Part shown: piece after piece, positions 19,201-29,200 of the stretch
How positions within the stretch are numbered: position 1 is the first letter of the stretch
Layout: every line of letters begins with the position of its first letter
Origin: an uncultured archaeon
GTDB taxonomy: Archaea > Thermoplasmatota > Penumbrarchaeia > JASLWR01
DNA length: 35,897 nt
Reading direction: 5' to 3'
NCBI GenBank assembly: GCA_964430885.1
Contig: CAYSHM010000004.1
Location: forward strand, 198,136-234,032
Notes under the pieces: generated by a model
Database searches by the model: none
Told to the model about the DNA's origin: nothing
The model's input: only the letters and a program-made list of their open reading frames with translations
Program-made: the position numbers and the translations under genes

Positions 19201-19761
19201 AGCAATTACCTTTCCTCGGCTCCCATGGGCGTAATAATAGCTATCGCAGTTGTATCACTTCTTCTGGTACTGGTCCTGATAACCCTGTTCGTCAGGTTAG
19301 GTAGGTTGAAGAAACATGCAAGGGATATAGAGGAAATGGAATACCGGGACCTTTCGGAACTTGAAGCCGAAATCGACAAGGAACTTGAAGGCCGAGAGTT
19401 CGAGAGGGAGGATAATGCAGCCTCTTTTGCTCCCAAGGAACTAGTAAGAGTAAAGACTTTACCTGTATCCAAGGATGAGGCTGACGACTATTCAAGTTTC
19501 GACGAACATGATGACGAGGTGGAACTGGCGGAACTGGCGGAACTGGAAGAATTGAAGGAAGTGGACGGCGGTGAAAAGAAAGTCAAGAGGGTAATGATGA
19601 AACCCCGGGCAAAGCTGGAATCCACCAAGCCCCTTGCTGATACTGGGGATGCCGGAAATGATGGGGGAATGGGTAATTATGATGCTGGCGGCAGTACCGA
19701 TGATGCCGATTCAGACGGTGGGATAGACCATAGTGTAGTCAAGATATTCGACGATGAATAA
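16219..19761 (+). CDS. Large single-pass surface protein: DOMON/CBM9-like domain, four Ig-like repeats, TSP3-like Ca-binding repeats, Asp/Thr/Gly stalk, TM, acidic tail
   Basis: Signal peptide MRKSIF...VNA; ITVDGDLSDW...TWDANKLYL...IYLDT...EISISWADLG; four ~110-aa repeats; DxDGDG repeats; TM MGVIIAIAVV...LFVR. No catalytic motif recognised. Confidence 0.8.
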   Translation: MRKSIFASSLFVTLLLAQLFLVFLPVNATTNHTITVDGDLSDWAADELMGISSSSTLNMTWDANKLYLSVSNQDWDANDGGEDGDLMIYLDTVSGGSNQTVNWDGQNTLPFQADWLFALEDSGYYNLREHNQSWISDKPYTGSVYAGYNGDNRTEISISWADLGNPTKLGVMVFAKWESANNVWAAWPTQNPTGNGPLSFTHYYFFVNIANGVSPNQAPILQGGAGELVNSGSDPNTNTAWVDIYPGTSADNNQGTQSNGGETDVWFFYTVNGGNPTDQSPAVAGTFDGQNGINGNNDKYYVIIPANSGATVKWFARGNASNGKECSSNVGVFVSNLPFWTGSKGNDAKTNTIWADVNPGTSADNNQGTQSDGSGTSMTFYYTLDNSQPNLFSNKITGIFDGQNGTNGNNDKYYAIIPASRGQHVRWFAWANASNGAYNFTGYGHFISQTVKDWAWIGGEGWNSDTNTVWLDVFPGSSYDDDPQTISDGSDTSMTFYYTLDGTQPNLLSNSVQGIFDGQNATYGNNDKYYAIIPASNSDTVKWFATCTSSSNGVNTSSIFTFQSNIPLDPSTIMGEGWDAETNTVQADVEPGTSADDDPGTISNGQGSAITFYFTTDGSSPTLGSSSVQGIFDSQNGTMGNRDRYYAIIPGSDGEIIKWFVQGHGKAAADATGGVETFVSSIGSSDVDTDGDGTPDNIDPDDDDDGMPDNWENNNGFDPLDDSDASGDGDNDGLTNLEEYLNSTYPDDEDTDGDGIPDGVEVDAGLDPLSNLDASLDRDSDGLTNAEEYGLGTGINDDDSDDDGIPDGFEEDNALDPLDALDASLDGDTDGLTNLQEYTHGTDPILSDTDSDGMSDGWEVDNSLDPKSNDAPLDPDDDGYTNLQEFIAGTNPKDPNSHPSGNGDDDNTGDDDATGDDDTTGDDDTTGDDDTSGDDDDSDDDSTGDDDITGNDDTTGDDDTSGNDDTTGNDDTSGDDDTTSGNGDSTGDRGSSSSSNYLSSAPMGVIIAIAVVSLLLVLVLITLFVRLGRLKKHARDIEEMEYRDLSELEAEIDKELEGREFEREDNAASFAPKELVRVKTLPVSKDEADDYSSFDEHDDEVELAELAELEELKEVDGGEKKVKRVMMKPRAKLESTKPLADTGDAGNDGGMGNYDAGGSTDDADSDGGIDHSVVKIFDDE
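16903..18261 (+). repeat. Four tandem ~110-aa domain repeats
   Basis: Each copy has TNTxxxDxxPGxSxD...FxxTxxxxxP...GxFDxQNxxxGNxDxYYxIIP...WF. Confidence 0.9.
18280..18915 (+). repeat. Bacterial TSP3-like Ca2+-binding repeats
   Basis: Alternating DxDxDGxPDxxE...LDP and DxDxDGLTNxxEY units with about 49-aa periodicity. Confidence 0.85.
18925..19155 (+). repeat. Degenerate 18-bp tandem repeat encoding G(D/N)DDx(T/S), 13 units (one 5-aa unit)
   Basis: GDDDNT GDDDAT GDDDTT GDDDTT GDDDTS GDDDDS DDDST GDDDIT GNDDTT GDDDTS GNDDTT GNDDTS GDDDTT. Confidence 0.9.
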
Positions 19762-19800
19762 AAAGCAGTCAGCTTAAACTTTCAGAATAAATTAGATCAA

Positions 19801-20871
19801 CTATTGATACTTCCTTTCAGCCCTGTGCATATTCGCTACTTTTCTGTAATATTTGGTCCTGTCCCTGTCGAATTTTCTCTTCTCGTAGGTGCTCCTTTTT
19901 CTTTCAGTATGCATGATCTCCCGTTGGAGTTTTCTGTAGCTCTCAAAGCGGTCCCGGGAAATCTCACCTCTCTTTATGGCTTTCTTGACCGCGCATCCAG
20001 GTTCGCTTCCGTGGTCGCAGTCCTTGAACTTGCACCCCATGCTCAATTGTTCGATGTCATTGAAGACGGCTGAAACCCCTTCTTCCGCTCCCCAGAGCTG
20101 GACCTCCCGAATGCCGGGATTGTCTATTATCATCCCTTTTCCGGGCAGATGTATGAGCTCCCTGGATGTTGTTGTGTGCCTTCCCTTTCCGTCGGAAGAC
20201 CTAATATCGGAAACGCTCTGTCTGCAGTAGCCCAGTAGCCCGTTGATCAATGTGGATTTGCCCACGCCGGATGAGCCGAGGAGCACAGCAGTTGTTCCCT
20301 TATCAAGGAGTTCTGAGACCTTCCGAACATCATCCCCGTTCAGTGCGCTGATGTCTATAACCCTAATATTATCTCCAAGGTTTTGGGCATGTTCAATTAA
20401 CTTATCAGGATATTCGCATAGGTCCTTTTTATTCAGGATGAAGACAGGTTCAGCTCCTATCCCGTAAACGAGTGCAAGATAGCGCTCTAATCGGCGTATG
20501 TTGAAGTCTTGAAGCAGGTCGGTCATTATCAGCACAATGTCAACGTTTGCGGCAATCACCTGTTCGCCTGTGTTCCTGCCAGGAGCCTTTCGGGACAGCA
20601 TGTTCTTCCGTGGGATGATTTCCTGTATTTCATAGGGATGATATTCTTCTTCCTTTCCCAGTATCACCCAATCACCCACAGCGATCTGATGATGGTCCTT
20701 ATCCGGATCTGCTCGGGGTATGCTTACCGTAACTTCACCTTTTTGGGTCAAAGCCCTAAGATGTTTTCTCTGGACCGAGGATATCCTTCCAGGCATTGAG
20801 AGGTTTCTGAGATTGGATAATAAATAATCATGATTTCTATTCCAGCATAGCTCGGCAAGATCCATTTTCAT
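19801..20871 (-). CDS. rsgA: Ribosome small subunit-dependent GTPase A
   Basis: VGDWV OB-fold; circularly permuted GTPase NKKD...SAL...GSSGVGKST...GRHTTT...DNPG; Zn finger CKFKDCDHGSEPGC. AAGGTG RBS favours ATG 20871. Confidence 0.95.
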   Translation of the reverse strand: MKMDLAELCWNRNHDYLLSNLRNLSMPGRISSVQRKHLRALTQKGEVTVSIPRADPDKDHHQIAVGDWVILGKEEEYHPYEIQEIIPRKNMLSRKAPGRNTGEQVIAANVDIVLIMTDLLQDFNIRRLERYLALVYGIGAEPVFILNKKDLCEYPDKLIEHAQNLGDNIRVIDISALNGDDVRKVSELLDKGTTAVLLGSSGVGKSTLINGLLGYCRQSVSDIRSSDGKGRHTTTSRELIHLPGKGMIIDNPGIREVQLWGAEEGVSAVFNDIEQLSMGCKFKDCDHGSEPGCAVKKAIKRGEISRDRFESYRKLQREIMHTERKRSTYEKRKFDRDRTKYYRKVANMHRAERKYQ

Positions 20872-21001
20872 TTTCAGCACCTTAATAGAATAGTAATGGC
20901 ATCAATAATAAGAAATTGATAGAGAAAAATATATTTTTTATCATTTCCCAAATATGGCCCGCAGGACAGGCAAAAGAATTGTGCGACCTTGAGGGATTCA
21001 T

Positions 21002-21331
21002 TTACAATTTTCGATCTTTTGCCTTCTGTTTGAGGCGGTCCTTCCTTTTCTTGGCATTGAACCCCGTACCCTTGTCCAGGAACTGGCCGTATTTTCTTCG
21101 GCTGTCGATCCCTTCCTCGAACTCCACATCTGGATTCATGGTAACATTGACCACCAGCTCAGTTTTGGATTCCATCCAGGTCTCCATGGGTTTTATGGAC
21201 CCGTAGTTCACATAATATTTCCCATCCTTTTCGGACACATACTCCGCCCCGAATATATCCTCCAAAAGTTCGCCGAGCTTTTTCCCTTCAATTTTTTTCC
21301 ACTGTCCTCTTTTAATATCGTATTCAGTCAT
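21002..21331 (-). CDS. Conserved archaeal protein, DUF5611-like
   Basis: MTEYDIKRG...YGSIK...RRKYGQFLDKGTGFNAKKRK resembles a small conserved euryarchaeal/Thermoplasmata family. Confidence 0.7.
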   Translation of the reverse strand: MTEYDIKRGQWKKIEGKKLGELLEDIFGAEYVSEKDGKYYVNYGSIKPMETWMESKTELVVNVTMNPDVEFEEGIDSRRKYGQFLDKGTGFNAKKRKDRLKQKAKDRKL

Positions 21332-21594
21332 GGTATCGTCCAGCCAGGATATTCAGATATTTTTAGGTGATTTAGAAGCGAATGTTGTATTAATATTTTT
21401 TTAGCCTATCATCAATGTTAGGGAAATCTTCATCATCTTTCAATCACACACATAAACACTCAGCATACATATTACGCAGTAATATCTAAATCATCGATAT
21501 TATTATAATATAAGTAAAAACATTAATATTAATACTTGAATGAAAAAACAGTATTGAATCGAAGGAAACTTAATCCAGTTACAATGGTGAAATC

Positions 21595-24012
21595 GTGGTC
21601 AAGAAAATGTCTGATTCAAAAAAGAAGGTGCTGATAACTGTAATAGTAATCTCAGTAATCATTTCCGGAGCTCTGATCTATGTCATCAATAATACTGGCG
21701 AGGACTTATCAACGATATCCATCTATGAGGTCTTAGGGATGACCTCGACGCGTAAGGGGTCAGAAAATGTCGTATTGGCTGGTGATTCGGACCCTTTCAA
21801 CGCCTTGGTCTGCACGCCTCTTTCCTGCTGGTATGATATTTCAGCAGGTTCATCTAGGCCTGATGGTCTAAGGCCTTTCCTGATAGCCAAGGACGGTAAA
21901 CTAGATGATACCCAGGAGCGGTTCATTACCAATTATAATAAGAATGGTTTCATAATAATAGGTAGTGTAAATAAGGATGGATTGAAATTCCAGGGGGGAA
22001 TTTCTGAGCAATCCCTTTCAGCAGCCCAGCACGAGTTCGAATCTGCTGCTGGAGTGATGATTGTTCATGGAAGCCAGGAAGGCTATGAGCTCGGTGTTTC
22101 CACAGCTCCTTTGGCCAGTTATCTGAACATACCTATTCTGATCATAGAGAACAATACAGATATGAGTATGATCAAAAAAGGGGTGAAAAAACTCGGTGCC
22201 AAATACTGCATTGCAGTTTCTGCAGAACCCCGGCAGATAGCTAAGAATATCGGATTGGACTCTATACTGGTTGGTGATCAAGACACCGCCATGGAACTGA
22301 ACCTGATAGCCGTTAAGGACCGCTTCGGATCCTTGAATTATTTGACCATGACAAATCCATCAGATGTCGTTCAGCCCTACATTGTGGATGTCCAGACGGA
22401 GACATTTCAGAATTCGGTGAACAATGTCAGATTGAAAACGGGGAGGATAAGCGCGGATATTGTAGGGGAATCCACCGAGACCTTTGATATCGAGGTCCCT
22501 TCGGGTCTAGATTTGGTACAGATATATGTGAATTTTACCAGTGTGAGTTCCACAATGCTCAATCCATTGAAGGAATCCCTGGATATTGAACCCCTGGTAT
22601 TTGGTTCCCTTTACGATGAGTCGGGAAACATTGCTTCATACGGTCCGAGCTTCAGCCTCGATCTCGGGAAAACATTTCTACAGACCTTAGCAGTAGATGC
22701 GCCGGGCAATTACAAACTGGAAGTGAGCGTGTATTACGGAACTGCCGGTTTCGATACCTATGCAGGCACTGAGCTGGGATTATCTCGGATCGATGCTGAT
22801 TATCAGGTGACCATTGTACACAATCAGCTGTCAAAACCTCATCATCCCATATTCGAGAGCTCATCAATGATGGCTCCTTATCTATCTGCGTCTCACGGGG
22901 GGATAACGATTGCTTCATCTAATTTCAGCCTCACCGATGAACGCTTTGCGCTAGAAGCCAAAGGTCATTCGACAGGCCCCTGGTATGATGCTGAGCTGAA
23001 TGATCTGGCCAATGCGAAGGTTGACCATAATGTTCAGGTTTTGGATAAGACAATGGCCAAGCTCATGGATCATGGAATGTATAATGATTACATCAATGGG
23101 TCCGCCTGGTTGGCGATATTGGGCGGAGCCAATATGATCCCAATGTATTATGAGCCTAAGGAAGCTTCCTGGGTTGAAGATCCGGTATATGGTGTTGGCT
23201 GGGCTACGGATCTCCGGTACAGCTTTGATAGTCAGTTGTCAACAGGGAGGCCATTAGGCCAAGACGTGGGTGACATATCTACGCTCATAGCCCGTACTCT
23301 GTTTTACGAAGAATATGCCACAGCTCATTCCAATAGTATTCAGGGCGAATACGGAAGCAGTGAGAAATGGCTGGATCATTTCCATTTTCTTGCAGGCGAA
23401 GGAGGAGGCCGAACGGGTTGGTTCTTCTGGCAGAGGACCTTTGCCCCGGAGGTGGAACAGCACGGCTTTACATCTGAAGTATATGTGCAGAATTACGAGA
23501 ACGACCGACAGAGCATGGAGTCATGGGGCGCATATGAAAGGGCGAATTATTTCGATCTGATGCTTCATGGCAACTGGTACTGGTATGTCCCAGAACTCAA
23601 CGGTTTTGACAGGTACAGCACCGGTGTAAAGGTCAGTGACATCATGACGAATCCCACAGAATGGGAGCTGGGACCCTCTGTGCTGAATTCAGGTGTCTGC
23701 ATTATGGGCCGTATAGACGGTATAAATCCGCGCCAATCCATAACAATGGCCTTTCTGCATGCAGGGATAAATGCCTTCTACAGTTCAACCAGATCGACAG
23801 GCTCGGAGGCAAAAGCAGGTACCATAGAGACAAGTCTGCTATACGATGATATCAGTGTGGGGGAGGCGCTGCGTCTGGACAAATTGACTAATACCGAACC
23901 TGCCGGTTATTATGTGCGTAATCTTTATGCGGATCCTGCTTTCAATCCCTACGAACCGGAGAATGGTTTCTCGGATCAGGGCAGGCCAGTACTGATACGC
24001 AATAATGAATGA
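21595..24012 (+). CDS. Membrane-anchored gingipain-like (peptidase C25, clan CD) protein
   Basis: N-terminal TM; APLASYLNIPIL (cell-wall-binding-repeat-2-like); C-terminal ILGGANMIP...TDLRY...TGR...MLHG...NSGVC...AFLHAG...SVGEAL...NLYADP, with a candidate His/Cys dyad. Confidence 0.6.
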   Translation: MVKKMSDSKKKVLITVIVISVIISGALIYVINNTGEDLSTISIYEVLGMTSTRKGSENVVLAGDSDPFNALVCTPLSCWYDISAGSSRPDGLRPFLIAKDGKLDDTQERFITNYNKNGFIIIGSVNKDGLKFQGGISEQSLSAAQHEFESAAGVMIVHGSQEGYELGVSTAPLASYLNIPILIIENNTDMSMIKKGVKKLGAKYCIAVSAEPRQIAKNIGLDSILVGDQDTAMELNLIAVKDRFGSLNYLTMTNPSDVVQPYIVDVQTETFQNSVNNVRLKTGRISADIVGESTETFDIEVPSGLDLVQIYVNFTSVSSTMLNPLKESLDIEPLVFGSLYDESGNIASYGPSFSLDLGKTFLQTLAVDAPGNYKLEVSVYYGTAGFDTYAGTELGLSRIDADYQVTIVHNQLSKPHHPIFESSSMMAPYLSASHGGITIASSNFSLTDERFALEAKGHSTGPWYDAELNDLANAKVDHNVQVLDKTMAKLMDHGMYNDYINGSAWLAILGGANMIPMYYEPKEASWVEDPVYGVGWATDLRYSFDSQLSTGRPLGQDVGDISTLIARTLFYEEYATAHSNSIQGEYGSSEKWLDHFHFLAGEGGGRTGWFFWQRTFAPEVEQHGFTSEVYVQNYENDRQSMESWGAYERANYFDLMLHGNWYWYVPELNGFDRYSTGVKVSDIMTNPTEWELGPSVLNSGVCIMGRIDGINPRQSITMAFLHAGINAFYSSTRSTGSEAKAGTIETSLLYDDISVGEALRLDKLTNTEPAGYYVRNLYADPAFNPYEPENGFSDQGRPVLIRNNE

Positions 24013-24073
24013 ATTCCTGAAATTGTCGAGACAAGAAAATGATATATTGGTTTCAATCATGTGAGGATTGGAT

Positions 24074-26101
24074 ATGATCAGAGGACGGAGGAAAACCAAA
24101 AATTGGTACTCATTGTTATTATTTGCAGTTTTATTATTGGCCGTTGATGTTTTCGTCCCATCAACATCCGGCGGCCTTGATGGTAATACCGGTGGATTAT
24201 TGGAACATCCCCCGAATAATGCCGGTTATCAAATGAACTTTACCAGTTATCATTCCTATGAGGAATTGAGTGACATTCTTGCAGACGTTTCTAAAAAATA
24301 TTCGAATATTGCCTGTCTGTATTCTATAGGTAAAACCTATGAGGGAAGGGATGTCTGGGCTCTCAAGATATCCGATAATCCGGCAGAACATGAGCCAGAT
24401 GAAACTGAGGTTCTCTATATAGGAATGCATCATGCTCGGGAGTGGATAACTCATGAGATACCACTCTATTTTATAAATTATATAGTAAATAATTACGGCA
24501 TCGATCCCTGGACCACTTACATAGTGAATAACCGTCAGCTTTGGATAGTACCTATGCTGAACCCGGATGGTTTTGTTTACGACGGCAATGGAGATTATAA
24601 CAATAGGAATAATTGGCGGAAAAATCGCGAACCGAATTGGGACGGGTCTTTCGGGACGGATCTGAATCGAAATTATGGTTGGCACTGGGGGGAGTTGGGT
24701 TATCAAGGTTACTTCAATCCTCGAAGAGAGGATTATATTGGACCCTATGATACTAGTGACGATGACGGAGATATTCGTATAAATGAGGACCCCATGGATG
24801 GCCTAGATAATGATGGAGATTGCAGGATCGATGAGGATCCCAGAGGCGGTTTTTCAACAGCCGAGACAAGAATCATTCGGGATCTTGCAGCGGACCATGA
24901 TTTCAGGATATCCATGGCCTATCATAGTTATGCGGAGACAATATACTGGGGGTGGATGTATACACGTCAACTTCCTCCTGACGAACAGCTTTACAAGCAC
25001 ATTGCTGAGGGGATCAACAGGTACAACGGCTATGAATATCGAAATTACACTGAGGAGGATAGGAATCGAAAAGGCCCTCTGGTTGACGGCGACCTTAATG
25101 ATTACCTGTATGGGGCTCACGATATTCTATCATTCTGTATCGAGGTAGGAAGTGAGGCAACAGGCGGTTTTTATCCTCCAGAGAATATGATAATTCCTCT
25201 ATGCGAACTGAACCTTTTGCAAAATCTATATGTGGCAGAAGTGGCAGCAAATCCTTGGGAGAAACGATTTAAAATCGAACACATTCCTCTTGAAAATACT
25301 ACTGAAGCCGATGGACCTTACACAGTAACCGTAAAAGTAACAAGTTTCAGCAGTTTAGAACTGCAAAATGAAGGTTTAGAGTTGGCTTATTCGGAGGATG
25401 GTATTCTATATGAGAAGATAAAGATGACTTCTACTGGAAATCCCAGTGAATATGCAGCGGAGATTCCCGAACAATCCGCCGGTTCAACCATACATTATTA
25501 TATATCTGCAATTTCCAAGGAAGAATTCATCACCACCTCTCCTAGGTATGCACCTGAGAGAGCTCATCAATTCACTGTAACAGGTGGATTAGGGGGTGCA
25601 AATCCAATTTTAACCAAGGTTCATGGTTTTTTCATGATAGGGACATCAATAGTTTTTGTCATTGCAGGTATTTTTGCATTTTTATTTTTGAAGGATATGA
25701 CCGCCAAGAAACTTGCTAGAACTATTAGGACAACTATTTTAGGTTCTTTATTCCTTTTCATTGGTGGATTTCCATTGGGATGGGCCGTAGCTTATCAGGA
25801 ATTTGGGTCACCTTGGTTTGGTTTTCCTTTTGGATGGGACCTAGTGGATAATATTACTTTGATTCTTTTCATTTCATGGCTGGCGCCTCTTCTCTATTTT
25901 AGAAAAAACCTGAGAAAATACTTGGCGAGTGTTGCATCGGGAATCAATGGAGCTTCTTCAGGCAAATCTTCAATGGACAAAACGCAAGAAACTGAAGGAC
26001 AAAAATACGATTACTCAAGAGTTAGACTTTATTCTACTTTTGTATTGGTTTTGGCAATGATCACAGTATTAATTATGTTGGCCCTGCCCCATGGTTCTTG
26101 A
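24074..26101 (+). CDS. M14 zinc carboxypeptidase (carboxypeptidase-T-like) with Ig-like domain and C-terminal TM helices
   Basis: HHAREW (HXXE), NPDG, WRKNR, DLNRN, YHSY, IEVG. Signal peptide and about four C-terminal hydrophobic helices. Confidence 0.9.
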   Translation: MIRGRRKTKNWYSLLLFAVLLLAVDVFVPSTSGGLDGNTGGLLEHPPNNAGYQMNFTSYHSYEELSDILADVSKKYSNIACLYSIGKTYEGRDVWALKISDNPAEHEPDETEVLYIGMHHAREWITHEIPLYFINYIVNNYGIDPWTTYIVNNRQLWIVPMLNPDGFVYDGNGDYNNRNNWRKNREPNWDGSFGTDLNRNYGWHWGELGYQGYFNPRREDYIGPYDTSDDDGDIRINEDPMDGLDNDGDCRIDEDPRGGFSTAETRIIRDLAADHDFRISMAYHSYAETIYWGWMYTRQLPPDEQLYKHIAEGINRYNGYEYRNYTEEDRNRKGPLVDGDLNDYLYGAHDILSFCIEVGSEATGGFYPPENMIIPLCELNLLQNLYVAEVAANPWEKRFKIEHIPLENTTEADGPYTVTVKVTSFSSLELQNEGLELAYSEDGILYEKIKMTSTGNPSEYAAEIPEQSAGSTIHYYISAISKEEFITTSPRYAPERAHQFTVTGGLGGANPILTKVHGFFMIGTSIVFVIAGIFAFLFLKDMTAKKLARTIRTTILGSLFLFIGGFPLGWAVAYQEFGSPWFGFPFGWDLVDNITLILFISWLAPLLYFRKNLRKYLASVASGINGASSGKSSMDKTQETEGQKYDYSRVRLYSTFVLVLAMITVLIMLALPHGS

Positions 26102-26261
26102 TTTTCATATGACGGTTTTCATACGTTTTTTATTCTTTTCGTAAATTTATAATTGAACTAAATAATAAATAGTAGAATTGAAGTTAATTATTGATGGTTT
26201 AACGCCATTTCAAGTAGTAATGAAATAGGCAGTTTTGATAATAATTAAAGGTTCTGATAAA

Positions 26262-29200
26262 ATGATGAACTCGATGCCCATTAAAATTATTTCCAAATCA
26301 TGCTGTGTAATAATGGTTTTAAGCCTACTACTGATCTCTTTTATATCGGGGCATATGATCCATTCTCAAAATGATATAGAAGCCAAAATAGGGGAAATGA
26401 AAGGGAAGGATCCTTACTTGGAACAGGGTAAGACCCGTATTCTTGAGGACTACCGTGAAAATCTCAATGCGCAGTACAGCTGGATAGATATCACAGGCAC
26501 AGGTTCACAATTATCCCTGACCGACGATGATTATCAGTCCATAAACATGGGGATCAACTTCAATTTCTATGATCAGACCTATACCAGTGTCCATATCTGT
26601 TCCAATGGATACCTGGCATTTGTTGACAATAACAATCTATGGGAGTATTCTAATTCTCCTTTTCCAACGGTTGACCATCCTTTTATGATCTCTCCTCTTT
26701 GGGATGATCTGAACCCCGGGAACGGCGGAAGCATTTGGTATGATACTCTCAGCAATCCAAGCCGTTTTGTAGTGTCTTGGGAAGCGGTCCCCCATTACCC
26801 CTCCGACGGGAGCAATACATTTCAGGTCATACTTTTCGAGGGCAGCGGCATAATCAAGTTCCAGTATCAGGCCCTGCATGCCGGGAACTCCCCCACGGTC
26901 GGGCTCAACCACGGGGATAATATTCATTACAATAATCCTCTAAACCAGAACCCTGCCACACCCAGCGCCATGCAGTTTTATCTAATTATACCTCCGATAC
27001 CTGACAATTTGGGTATGCCCAAGGAGGACTTATTCTACAACACCTGCTTTGCGGGTCTGCCTTATAATATAGGTGTTGCTCTTACAACCTACGAGGGTTT
27101 GAATGATATAGATGATCTGAAGCTTCTGATGGATTACAACACTACCAACATTTCCATTGGCTTTGACGGCAATAACGAGCTTTTCTACAAGGAGAACGAT
27201 CCCTCAGATATGATGGCTCTTCTTAATGACTGCGATTATCACAACGATGGTGTGGACAAGTGGTGGCTTAACTTCTCCATCATGTTCAATTTCAATTTCC
27301 CCCATGAGAGGCCCATAGACATCAAGGTTATCAGCCTTGGGAACTGCGGGATGACTGAAACCTTTACATTTTCCAACGTGATGCAGGTTGAGAATGATTT
27401 TGAGTTCACCGGCGTTCCAAAGATGACCGGCGAATTTGCCGGAAATATTCAGGAGGATGATTGGGTCAGGGGGGATGAGGGGATCACTCTGGAGGACCTA
27501 AGGGTGAACTATGAGGGTGCCGAAAGTCTTTTTCCCGATGATGATCTATTCGATGTGAGGCTTTGGGATACCCAAGGTAATGAATGGTGGGATAACGGCA
27601 GTTCGGGGAGGGATGTTCTTATCAATTTCACCACTAGGAATGTAGTGGATGAGAATGAGGAGATAAATATAAAGATAGTAAATATTCCTGGCATCGGCGC
27701 CTGCCAGACCAACATCACATTTCCCCTAAAGGTGGACGGTGAGGCCCCTTCAGCCCCTGAAGAGGTGCTGTGTCATGCATACGGCAGGGTCACCGAATAC
27801 ACCAATGAACCAGGCATCAATGTTTCCTGGGACCAAGTTGCAGATAACGGTTCCGGACTTTCAGGTTATTACTATTCGAGACATAATTATCAGGGCACAC
27901 CCAATGGAAGCTTCACAGAGCTTACCGAAGGTATGGTCAGGAGTATGTCCGAAGGCTGGCATGAGATCTTCGTTTGGTGCGAGGATAATGTAGGTAATAT
28001 TGGCTTATCCAATTCGGCTGTACTCCAGGTAGATCTCACAGATCCAATGTTCTCCAACAGCACCCCTGATGACGGCATATGGCATAACTCATCCAAACTT
28101 GACTGCTCCATTGAGATAAGTGATCTTGGGGGAACGGGAGTTGACGGGGAATCCATATTTTATTCCCTTTCTACGGCCGGCCCCAATCAGTTCAGTGCCT
28201 GGATACCAGTCTGGGTTTCTGAATCCGCGGAGAAGATTACGCCAAGCGTAAAATGCAGTTTTGAGGAAGGTGATGATAATTATATTAAATGGCGGGCCAT
28301 GGATGTTTCCGAGAACGGCTTTGTGGAATCTCTGCCTTTCAATGTTAAGGTTGATGTATCCCCAATTGAATTCTCCGAAGATATCACACCGTCCTTGAAC
28401 TGGTTCACTCAGGAGGAGATAACCATCGAGATAACCGCCGGTGATGACGGCGGAAGCAAGATCGACCATTCCTCCATAGAGGTAAGGTTCGCTAGATCTG
28501 GCCTTTCTGGTTTCGGCCCATGGATCAAGGTCAATGAGGGGAATATCACCGAGGCCAAGAACGGAGAATGCAAGATATCAGTTGCTTTCATGTTCTCCGA
28601 GGGGAAGGATAATCATATACAGTTCAGAGGTACTGATGGTGCTAACAATCCCAAATCCGAATCAGAGGTATTTGATATCAAGGTGGATCATTCACCAGTC
28701 TATTTCGGTGAGTTCGAGTTGGAGGATATAGATGAACCACCTGAAGCGGAGTTCACCCTTGAGATATTCGATGACGAATCCGGTGTCAATGTGGATACCA
28801 TTGAATATTCCATCTCCACTGAAGGTTCGGAGGATACGGATTTCGGTGATTGGAAGAAGGTGGCGGCCATGGATATATTCCCGGGCACCCCTGTAATAGT
28901 GGATATGAAGGAGGATCTCGACTGGGGCAGGGATAACTATATTAGATTCAAGGCCGACGACAATGTTGCTGCTGGTCCTGTTACATCAAAAGTCTATAGA
29001 ATAAATATTACCTCAACTCCGGAAGCGGACATCCTGCCTCTTGGAGCCATTCATTTCAAGGAGGGCGACGTGATAAACTTTGACGGTACTGGGTCAGCTG
29101 ATAAAGATGGGGATGTGATCACCTACAGGTGGGAATCCAACTTAACCGGGCCTTTGGGGAACAATTCCACGATCCAGGTAATATTAGAACCTGGGAATCA

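Noticed and set aside
19519-19555. 9-bp repeat GGAACTGGC encoding ELAELAELEEL
   Set aside because: Short in-frame slippage in a low-complexity acidic tail with no sign of function.
21498-21535. AT palindromes TATTATAATA and ATTAATATTAAT upstream of the C25-like gene
   Set aside because: Expected by chance in very AT-rich intergenic DNA; no independent support.
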